From: Candidatus Bathyarchaeota archaeon
GTDB lineage: Archaea > Thermoproteota > Bathyarchaeia > Bathyarchaeales > Bathycorpusculaceae
DNA: 19,091 nucleotides
Reading direction: 5' to 3'
Assembly (NCBI GenBank): GCA_963739305.1
Contig: CAVTZU010000002.1
Location: forward strand, 1 to 19,091
Shown piece after piece: positions 7,174 through 14,132 of the stretch. Each line of letters opens with the position of its first letter. The first letter of the stretch is position 1. Both the position numbers and the translations under genes were made by a program. The notes below the pieces were generated by a model. The model ran no database searches. It saw only the letters and a program-made list of their open reading frames with translations, and was not told the DNA's origin.

Positions 7174-9888
7174 TCACGGTACGTGAATGTTGAAGTTGTC
7201 TGCCAGTATGATGGCGTCGTAGATGTCCACGTATCCGTCAGCATTTATGTCAGCGTCTGCGTTGAACCTCGCTTGGCCCGTCGATGCTCCGAAGGCGTTT
7301 GCCAGCTGAATGGCGTCGTAGATGTCTATCAAGCCGTTTCCAGTCGTGTCGCCTGGGAGCGTCTTGGCCGTGAGGGTGCCGGCTGCTTGCACGTTGTTTG
7401 CTGTGTTGGTGTCCTGCGCGTTGTTGTTAATGGGTTGCGTTTCGCCTGCCACCGCGTATGGGATGCCTGTGCTGTTGCCAGCCAATACGACGTTTGTGCC
7501 GTCACACCACCAGATCATGCTAGCGCTTGCGCTGCCGCCTGGTGCAAGGGCCACGTAGGTGCCGTTTGCGAACTGCTTGTTGCCGGCAAACGTGTATGTT
7601 AAACCGACTGCCACGTACAGAATCGCGATAGCGTTGTTGTTGTCGTTCCTTGTAACATGCAGGTTGTAGGTCATGTTTGCCGGCGATGTGTCGCCGTTTC
7701 CTTTTCTCATCTGGTTACGGAAGATGTAAACTGGGTTGTACGTCGGCGACGCCGGCGTAACCGTGGCGGTCATGTCCACGTCTACGTTCTCAAGCGGCGT
7801 CGTCGTCTTGTAAAGGTCGTAAGCATACAAGCCCGGGAACAGAGCGTTGAAGTACCAGCCTTGAACCCAATATCTCGCCCATCTCCTGCCTACGGGCTGA
7901 ACCAGCGGAAAGCTTGGAACGTCCAGCCAGTACCTGTACTGCAGGTCTTGGTACATGGCTCCACGCTTTGCAGAGTCTGGCTCAACCAATGCGGCATTGA
8001 TCTCTTGGTCGACGAAGGCTTGATCCCCGGGGAACGGAGGCCCCTGTGCCACCATGAAATTACCCCAAGATGCCTGATAAGGCTCGCAGAAGTTGTCGGG
8101 GTCAGCGAAGTCCGCAAGCCAACCATATGCTGTAAGGGGAAATGCTTCTTCCCAGGCCATCGAAGGAAGGTAGAATTCATAACCTACCACATTGCACTTG
8201 TACTTGGGGTTCAGACTGTGGAAGGCATCTGCGATCAAGTCTGCAGCGATCTTTCTCCGAGGGGGGTCGCTGCCAAGGTAGTACGCGATGGTTGTTTCGA
8301 AGCCTTCTTGGCTGACGTTGAAGCCGTCAACGATTGCTTGGTTCAACTCGTTCTGCATTTCTGTGTAGTTAAGGTCGCGTTGCGGCATGCTTGCGTTCAT
8401 GTTCTTGTATGATGCCGGTGATAACCCTTCGACCCACCATGATCGTTGCGGAATGCCTTCGCCGAAGTACGCTTGTTGTATGTACTGTGTGTAGTTGAGT
8501 GCCCATGCGAACGCTCTCCTTATGTGCTCGTTGGCGAAGAACAAAGGTTCAGCTGGCGTCCGGTGAGTTGGGTACCCTACATAGGATTGGTAGGAGCTTG
8601 CTCCCGAAATGTTCATGCCGAAAATTTCCATGTCGTTGCTTAAAGCAGGAATGTTGTAGACAAGGTTGATTCCAGGAACAGGGGTATAGGCGTCAGTCGT
8701 CAAGAGGTCGTGCATGTTGGCTTGAGGAACCGCAGCAACATCGAATTCACCTTCAAGAAACAACATTTTTCTCGTCGGCCACGTGTTAACGCCTTTTTCG
8801 ATTACGGTTGTCACGTGGTTGACACTCCAGTTCGTCGGAATCCAGTATTGGGATCCATCGAGCGATGTGCTGGTTTGCCACGCGTCGATTCTCCAGATCA
8901 GGCTCGACTGATCCCATGACGTGAACACGTATGGACCCGTGCCCATGATTTCGTTCACGTGCTTGTTGTTGCTCGGAAACTTTGAGCCTGCAACTGAGCC
9001 GTAGACTGCTGGGTCTTTCCATTGGTCAATTTCGCTGCGTGTGACTGTTGGTTTCCAGTGCCACAGGTTAGTCCAGCCAGCTGCAAACTGCCCGTTCCAT
9101 CCACCGCGTTCCATGACCCATTCTGGCTCGACTATGCAGCCCCAGGTTTGTGCGAAAATCTGGTTGAGCACGCCTTGAGCCCATGGGTTCTGGAAGTGGA
9201 AACTCACGTCGTTGGCACCAGGTCCGAGGTAACACCAACTCTGAATCATGTTGGCGGCGGAGGCTTCGTCAGCGGGGTTTTTGAACGTGCCGTTACCGTA
9301 TTGCGGGAACGCATACCATAAGCCTACTGATGCGGCTCCTGTGAAGACCGATTTGAACCACATCCATGTTGGTGCGTAGTATGAGTCGTAGACCATTTGT
9401 CTCTGGAACGAGTAGATAACGTCCGACGCTTTGAGGTTGCGTGACGGAATGATGCTGCCGTTTGCTGCAGTCCACGGTTGGAATGCGGCTGACGTCCTGA
9501 TCGTGAAAGTGTAGTATTCTCCAGAAGCGTTGAGCACTATCGTCGGCAATGCCGTAGCCAAAACCGGCGTGTAGCTGTAAAGGTCAGCGTACTCTGAAAG
9601 GGTAAGGTTGTGTCCAACACCAAGCGTGAAAGTGATTGGGTGCGTGTCGTTCCACCATATCAACGTTTGCGCGACGTTCTGTATCAGCTCGCCGCTTGCT
9701 GTGTCGTAGGCACGAGCCGGATCAAGCCTAGAAGGTTGACCGATTGTGGCAACGTTGTATATGGTTGGGTCGATTGGTGGTTGAGTTGACGATCCTGCAG
9801 AAGCTGCAAATGAACTGATTATGAGACAAGCTATCAATAACGCGGTGAAGAGTCTCTGCTTGTTTTGATCAAACAGACTCCTCGACAA
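7174..9888 (-). CDS. ABC transporter solute-binding protein, family 5 (OppA/DppA-like), with Ig/CARDB-like domain and C-terminal dockerin
   Basis: Signal peptide; LDPARAYDTAS, GTGPY, IRRAFAWALNY and GWLADFADP motifs. C-terminal GDTTGNGLIDIYDA and ADINADGYVDIYDA. GGAGG precedes the TTG start. Confidence 0.9.
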   Translation of the reverse strand: MSRSLFDQNKQRLFTALLIACLIISSFAASAGSSTQPPIDPTIYNVATIGQPSRLDPARAYDTASGELIQNVAQTLIWWNDTHPITFTLGVGHNLTLSEYADLYSYTPVLATALPTIVLNASGEYYTFTIRTSAAFQPWTAANGSIIPSRNLKASDVIYSFQRQMVYDSYYAPTWMWFKSVFTGAASVGLWYAFPQYGNGTFKNPADEASAANMIQSWCYLGPGANDVSFHFQNPWAQGVLNQIFAQTWGCIVEPEWVMERGGWNGQFAAGWTNLWHWKPTVTRSEIDQWKDPAVYGSVAGSKFPSNNKHVNEIMGTGPYVFTSWDQSSLIWRIDAWQTSTSLDGSQYWIPTNWSVNHVTTVIEKGVNTWPTRKMLFLEGEFDVAAVPQANMHDLLTTDAYTPVPGINLVYNIPALSNDMEIFGMNISGASSYQSYVGYPTHRTPAEPLFFANEHIRRAFAWALNYTQYIQQAYFGEGIPQRSWWVEGLSPASYKNMNASMPQRDLNYTEMQNELNQAIVDGFNVSQEGFETTIAYYLGSDPPRRKIAADLIADAFHSLNPKYKCNVVGYEFYLPSMAWEEAFPLTAYGWLADFADPDNFCEPYQASWGNFMVAQGPPFPGDQAFVDQEINAALVEPDSAKRGAMYQDLQYRYWLDVPSFPLVQPVGRRWARYWVQGWYFNALFPGLYAYDLYKTTTPLENVDVDMTATVTPASPTYNPVYIFRNQMRKGNGDTSPANMTYNLHVTRNDNNNAIAILYVAVGLTYTFAGNKQFANGTYVALAPGGSASASMIWWCDGTNVVLAGNSTGIPYAVAGETQPINNNAQDTNTANNVQAAGTLTAKTLPGDTTGNGLIDIYDAIQLANAFGASTGQARFNADADINADGYVDIYDAIILADNFNIHVP

Positions 9889-10012
9889 TTAGCCTCCCCT
9901 TAGATTACTACGTTAAACAGAGAGATAAATTCTGCGGAACACGGCGCAATCACAAGATAAGCACGTTTTCCAAGAACATTAGCGCGCGCTGGGCAGAGCA
10001 TTCTATCACTAT

Positions 10013-10366
10013 CTATTGAGCAATTGTGGATAGGCCGATAGCTACGGATAGGATAATGAGAACGGCTCCAATTATCATCAGGATGACTCCCTCTGACACC
10101 TGCTTCGGCCTTTGGTCTTCCAGGTATTCCCTGTAGAATTCAGGGTCAGCGATTGTATTTTTCATGTCGACAGTCCTAGGGTTTCCCATCCCTGCAGCGA
10201 CGTACGCACCAAAAGCGAAGATCAGTACTCCCTCCACAAACAGTACATCCACGAAAAGCACATGCAAATACAAGGCTAGAAGAAAGTCTAGTATGCAGAG
10301 CGCTAGCAGAGAAACTGAGATTTTCTTCCAAGAACCGAAGGTTAAACTTGTGCTTTTATTTTCCAT
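10013..10366 (-). CDS. Small membrane protein (about 3 TM), unknown function
   Basis: 117-aa ATG ORF with three hydrophobic segments. Confidence 0.75.
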   Translation of the reverse strand: MENKSTSLTFGSWKKISVSLLALCILDFLLALYLHVLFVDVLFVEGVLIFAFGAYVAAGMGNPRTVDMKNTIADPEFYREYLEDQRPKQVSEGVILMIIGAVLIILSVAIGLSTIAQ

Positions 10367-10491
10367 CTTAAGCTAGATGCTCTATCACCGAGATATATCG
10401 CTATCGTTCAGTTGAGCTAGCGATAAGCGCGCTGAGTGAGGATACGTGCGAGAGAGTAAGAGCGCGTTTGAGAGCGTAAACATCTGGTTTC

Positions 10492-10509
10492 AGGATTAGA
10501 CTTTGCCCC
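10492..10509 (-). repeat. Inter-gene palindromic repeat, copy A (degenerate, reverse orientation)
   Basis: Minus strand reads GGGGCAAAGTCTAATCCT followed by gAAACCAgatgTTTAC. Confidence 0.7.
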
Positions 10510-10591
10510 CAAACTTAAACCCGCATGCTTCAGAGTCTCAAACCCTGCCCTCAGCTCCACAATAATCTTCTGGCTTCTTGCGCGCGCATTA

Positions 10592-10840
10592 CTACTCTTC
10601 TGCCATGAGTGCGAGCAGTCCTACTATGACTGCGAGGCAAAGAACCAATGTTGAAATGTACAATGGAGCAGCACTGGCGTAATAGTAGGGATAGGACGGA
10701 GGACCAAACATCTCTGCGACGTTGAACGCAACGCCAATAACGACTAGGAGAAGACATAAGATAAAACCGAATTTCTGGACTCTTCTTCGAGCTGGTGGAC
10801 GAACTTCCTGTTGTTCTGCCACTCCAGACACCGATGACAA
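10592..10840 (-). CDS. Small membrane protein (2 TM), unknown function
   Basis: 82-aa ORF with a basic patch and two hydrophobic helices. Start uncertain. Confidence 0.65.
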   Translation of the reverse strand: MSSVSGVAEQQEVRPPARRRVQKFGFILCLLLVVIGVAFNVAEMFGPPSYPYYYASAAPLYISTLVLCLAVIVGLLALMAEE

Positions 10841-10884
10841 CTATCGTACACTTTTCCTATAGCCTATTTGGTTAGTGCGTGGAG

Positions 10885-10902
10885 GAGGTAAAGTTTTATC
10901 CT
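10885..10902 (+). repeat. Inter-gene palindromic repeat, copy B
   Basis: GAGGTAAAGTTTTATCCT, containing the exact core GTAAAGTTTTATCC. Confidence 0.85.
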
Positions 10903-10972
10903 ACAGGCCTAGTAGGCTGAATTCACAAATCACATAGTATGACAAGAAGCTGGACAATAGAGGACAAGAAAC

Positions 10973-11167
10973 ATGAGTATGGCTACTGTTCTCAAACTCG
11001 CTGTTTGGGGCATTTGCGTAGCAATTGCATTGCAGGTCATTTTCTATTTCGTTTTTCAAGTGATAGGCTACAATTCTTATTTGCTGAGCATAACCCTGTT
11101 GGTGTCGCTGACGGTCGCTGTTCTGTTTCTGGTTGGATGGAGAATTCTGAAAAGAGCAATAAGATAG
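10973..11167 (+). CDS. Small membrane protein (2 TM), unknown function
   Basis: 64-aa ATG ORF, two hydrophobic helices, basic C-terminus; GAGG upstream. Confidence 0.7.
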   Translation: MSMATVLKLAVWGICVAIALQVIFYFVFQVIGYNSYLLSITLLVSLTVAVLFLVGWRILKRAIR

Positions 11168-11200
11168 CGGCCCGAGTTTGGTAGTCAGTCAAGGTTGGTC

Positions 11201-11218
11201 GGCGTAAAGTTTTATCCC
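11201..11218 (+). repeat. Inter-gene palindromic repeat, copy C
   Basis: GGCGTAAAGTTTTATCCC followed by AAACC. Confidence 0.85.
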
Positions 11219-11250
11219 AAACCGTTTAAGGGTGTAACGGGTAGTGTAAA

Positions 11251-11673
11251 TTGAGTGAGGGTATGGGTCGTCAAGTCACTCTTTACGTGAAAAGCACGAA
11301 AACGAAAGTTGAAGATGGACAAGTAGGTCGTGAAAAAACTGTTGTATCATGGAGGGTGCCCTTATGGGGGGCTGGCAATCCTCGCGCATATCAGTATTAT
11401 GATGTGGAGAACATTTCTCATTATGATTACGTGCTTCCAGAAGATCAGCAAAGAATGCTGGAAGATGTCAAGGAGTTGGGCCTAAAATACGGTTTTAACG
11501 TGGAAGTCGTTGACTTGGAGAAGATGAATGTTTTTTCAAGGTTTGAGCTTGAGCGTTCTAAGAAGATGAAGACGTTTCCAAGTATGGTTACTGATTCTGG
11601 GGAGACATTTGAGGGTATAATGACGAAAGAGCAAATAGAAGCTTGCTTCTCCAAAACAGCCAAAAAAGAGTAA
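11251..11673 (+). CDS. Hypothetical protein, possible thioredoxin/glutaredoxin-like fold without CxxC
   Basis: 140 aa. The pattern VTLY...VEVVDL...TFP...GETFEGIMTKEQI suggests a Trx fold. Start may be ATG 11263. Confidence 0.6.
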   Translation: MSEGMGRQVTLYVKSTKTKVEDGQVGREKTVVSWRVPLWGAGNPRAYQYYDVENISHYDYVLPEDQQRMLEDVKELGLKYGFNVEVVDLEKMNVFSRFELERSKKMKTFPSMVTDSGETFEGIMTKEQIEACFSKTAKKE

Positions 11674-11682
11674 TTTTGGTTC

Positions 11683-11700
11683 GGGATAAGGCTTTAGCCC
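11683..11700 (-). repeat. Inter-gene palindromic repeat, copy D (reverse orientation)
   Basis: Plus strand TCGGGATAA-GGCT-TTAGCCCGA (9-4-9, one mismatch). Minus strand reads GGGCTAAAGCCTTATCCCGAACCAAAATTAC. Confidence 0.8.
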
Positions 11701-11784
11701 GACACACACTTTCAGCGTGCTTGATGCTTGGTTCAATCGATATGTTCATCAAGTCTAGGAGACAGTTTTTAGGGAACTTTGGAA

Positions 11785-12025
11785 ATGCCATCTAGTGATC
11801 TTATGAACGCAATGCAAGCTTTCGTCGCACTTTCCACGTTGTTCATCCTAGTTTTGTACGAGTTTGTTGTCGTATATTTATTGGCCGCCAATTTCCCAAC
11901 TACTGGAATTCATAAACGAGACTTCGGCGCCTCTGATAATAATCGGCTTTGTGCTTTTGGGTTTGTTTGGTATGGTGGCAATACTGATAGCAGCGCGGAT
12001 AGTATACAAAAGATTGGATGAATAG
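11785..12025 (+). pseudogene. Small 2-TM membrane protein split by an apparent +1 frameshift near 11883
   Basis: Frame 1 encodes TM1 (AFVALSTLFILVLYEFVVVYLL). Frame 2 encodes PPISQLLEFINETSAPLIIIGFVLLGLFGMVAILIAARIVYKRLDE*, ending at 12025. Confidence 0.55.
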
Positions 12026-12033
12026 AATAGTAT

Positions 12034-12178
12034 TGAAGCGCGCGCGATATAGGTGTCTTTGAGTTCGCGGTTGGGAGAGTTGGGTTTAGCTGTGCGTCTA
12101 TAGTTGTTTCTTGTTGTGTGTTTTGGGGGTAAAGTTTTATCCAACCAACCAAAAACTTACCTGCTAGCGTGCGCTTCA
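12034..12178. repeat. 145-bp element with terminal inverted repeats, containing repeat copy E (MITE-like or hairpin site)
   Basis: TGAAGCGCGCGC (12034-12045) and GCGTGCGCTTCA (12167-12178) match 11/12 as inverted repeats. TAT flanks both ends. Confidence 0.6.
12126..12143 (+). repeat. Inter-gene palindromic repeat, copy E
   Basis: GGGGTAAAGTTTTATCCA followed by accAACCAAAAACTTAC. Confidence 0.85.
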
Positions 12179-12258
12179 TATTTCTGCTTCATAAAAGACT
12201 TATGCCGCCTATAGTGAAAATTAAAGATTGCCCAGCTGAGAAAGCGGAGATGCAGTGA

Positions 12259-12732
12259 TTGAATGAAAACATCCTAGTTGTTGACGACGACGCAGAAGTG
12301 AGAAAGACCCTTTCTTCAATCCTATCCGAGGAGGGATACTCAGTTGTAACTGCGGAGAATGGCAAACAGGCGACTAAGATCTCCGAAAAATCGCGTTTTG
12401 ACATGGCCCTGATTGACATTAAGCTGCCTGACATGGAGGGAACTGAGCTTCTCCAAAGGCTGAAGCAAAACCAGCCCCACATGGTCAAGATAATCATCAC
12501 GGGTTTTCCGACATTAGAGAATGCTATGGAGACAGTTAACGAGGGTGCCGATGGATACATTTTGAAACCTTTCGACGTGCAGAAATTGCTGGAGATGATC
12601 AGAAAGCATCTGAAAAGGGAGACTGCTGAACATGTCAGCAATTGGATGGAATTTGACCAAGATCGAGCACGGAAATCTGGGTCTGATCAAAACAATGATG
12701 CTAAGCGTAAATCTTTTTTTGAATCACAATAG
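12259..12732 (+). CDS. Response regulator receiver-domain protein with short C-terminal extension
   Basis: ILVVDDD, phospho-acceptor LIDIKLPDMEG, IITG, GADGYILKPF. Confidence 0.93.
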   Translation: MNENILVVDDDAEVRKTLSSILSEEGYSVVTAENGKQATKISEKSRFDMALIDIKLPDMEGTELLQRLKQNQPHMVKIIITGFPTLENAMETVNEGADGYILKPFDVQKLLEMIRKHLKRETAEHVSNWMEFDQDRARKSGSDQNNDAKRKSFFESQ

Positions 12733-12756
12733 ACCGAAAAAGCCATTGGTTGGTTG

Positions 12757-12774
12757 GGGGTAAAGTTTTATCCC
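12757..12774 (+). repeat. Inter-gene palindromic repeat, copy F
   Basis: GGGGTAAAGTTTTATCCC followed by AAACCCAAAAATTATTAC. Confidence 0.85.
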
Positions 12775-12822
12775 AAACCCAAAAATTATTACCTCTGTAG
12801 TAGAAGAGTCATAGGGGTTAAC

Positions 12823-13461
12823 ATGTCAAATCACGTTGTTAGCGTGATTGAAGACAAGACACGGGATAAGCCGTCACGATTGAATAGAGTCTTTCGAATA
12901 AGCCTCAAACAGCTTCTCGTTTTGATTCTGGTTGTCGCAGTAGTTTTTGCGTCATTTGCGTGGGCATCTGACAGAATTGAAATTCATAAGCGTTGGGCTT
13001 CGATGATAGAGATGTCGCAGCGTTTCCGAGTTCACTTCACTGAGGTTTACCTGCGTCTGTATAGCCTGACGGAAAACGAGACCATGGATCCCCTTTCACA
13101 TGAGATTTTCTCGAATGAGATAAGTTATGCGTCGTGGACGATGAACCAATTGGTCAGTTTGGATAGTGCACATGCAAGTGAACTCTTCAGAATTGAAGAT
13201 TTAATCATGACTTTACAGGAGTCGGGGACAAGTGGGTTACAATTACAGCTGAGGGACTCTCAGTTTCAGAACTTGAGCGACACTCTTCACGCTATTGCAG
13301 AGAACCTTCCTCTAGCATATTGGAACCCTCTCAACACCACAAGTATAAACAGCGAGACTGGACCTCCGTTCTGGTATTTCGGGCCCTCACCACCCGACGA
13401 AGCTTTGTTGCAGCAAATAGCCACCCTCGCCATCCAAGCAAAAGCAATAATCGGTCCATAG
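12823..13461 (+). CDS. Hypothetical membrane-anchored or secreted helical protein
   Basis: ATG 12823 preferred because the track's TTG 12754 start runs through repeat F. One TM segment (LLVLILVVAVVFASFAWA). Confidence 0.7.
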   Translation: MSNHVVSVIEDKTRDKPSRLNRVFRISLKQLLVLILVVAVVFASFAWASDRIEIHKRWASMIEMSQRFRVHFTEVYLRLYSLTENETMDPLSHEIFSNEISYASWTMNQLVSLDSAHASELFRIEDLIMTLQESGTSGLQLQLRDSQFQNLSDTLHAIAENLPLAYWNPLNTTSINSETGPPFWYFGPSPPDEALLQQIATLAIQAKAIIGP

Positions 13462-13627
13462 CTTGAGACAAAACATTGCCCAACCAACTTCGAAAGACGG
13501 GCGCACACGCTATGCACGCTTTGGAAGCGTTCGGCAATCTCGAACAGTCTGCTTCAGAGAATAACATTAAATCGTCTCGCAACAACTACAACTGTTGGGG
13601 CACGGGTCTAGGCGACCTCATTTGTCC

Positions 13628-14077
13628 ATGACCAATGAAGACAAAGAAGAGATTTCAGGAAACACCCTGCGGGTCTACTGGTACATCCTGAAGAAAAGAG
13701 AGAACTGCGGTGTTAGGGAAGTTCAAAGAGCACTTGGCTTTTCTAGCTCAAGCAGTGCGCACTACCATCTTGAGAAACTCGCTGACAAAGGTTTTCTAAT
13801 CAAGGACAAGTATGGAAGCTATCAAGTGAACACCAAAGTGAAAACAGGAAGCATCAGCCCCTTCATCCTCGTTCATGGCTTCATATTTCCAAGACAGCTG
13901 TTTTATGCCCTTGCGACGACTGTCATGAACGTTTTCTTCCTATCGTTTTTCTGGGGGTTTGTGACCTTGATAGTCGTTCTCGCCTTGACTCCTGGAATCT
14001 TGGCTTGCATAATCTTTTGGTATGAAACAGTGAAGTTGTGGCTGAGTCTCCCGTCTTTCGAGGAGGGTGTTCGATAA
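13628..14077 (+). CDS. Winged-helix DNA-binding protein with two C-terminal TM helices
   Basis: TLRVYWYIL..GVREVQRALGFSSSSSAHYHLEKL..KGFL..YGSY wHTH, followed by two hydrophobic segments. Confidence 0.82.
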   Translation: MTNEDKEEISGNTLRVYWYILKKRENCGVREVQRALGFSSSSSAHYHLEKLADKGFLIKDKYGSYQVNTKVKTGSISPFILVHGFIFPRQLFYALATTVMNVFFLSFFWGFVTLIVVLALTPGILACIIFWYETVKLWLSLPSFEEGVR

Positions 14078-14132
14078 GTTTTGATGGCTGTTCGAATCTA
14101 TAGATTGAAAGGCATCAATTAGAATTTGATTC

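Noticed and set aside
7657-8412. 251-aa plus-strand ORF and other antisense ORFs (744-1160, 5934-6521, 7126-7602, 12189-12641, 13940-14356)
   Set aside because: Shadow frames of well-supported genes on the opposite strand, with no recognisable motifs.
11878-12179. Two minus-strand ORFs of 88 and 89 aa
   Set aside because: They run through the fold-back element and repeat E, have biased composition, and overlap a more plausible plus-strand membrane ORF.
10492-12774. CRISPR array interpretation of the repeated motif
   Set aside because: Spacers are 300-600 bp, contain genes and have mixed repeat orientation; no cas genes are present.
10492-12774. Canonical integron attC array
   Set aside because: No RYYYAAC...GTTRRRY boundaries were found, cassette and site orientations are mixed, and no intI is in the window.
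12754-12822. N-terminal extension of ORF 12754-13461 from TTG
   Set aside because: It translates repeat F (GVKFYP); ATG 12823 is the more plausible start.
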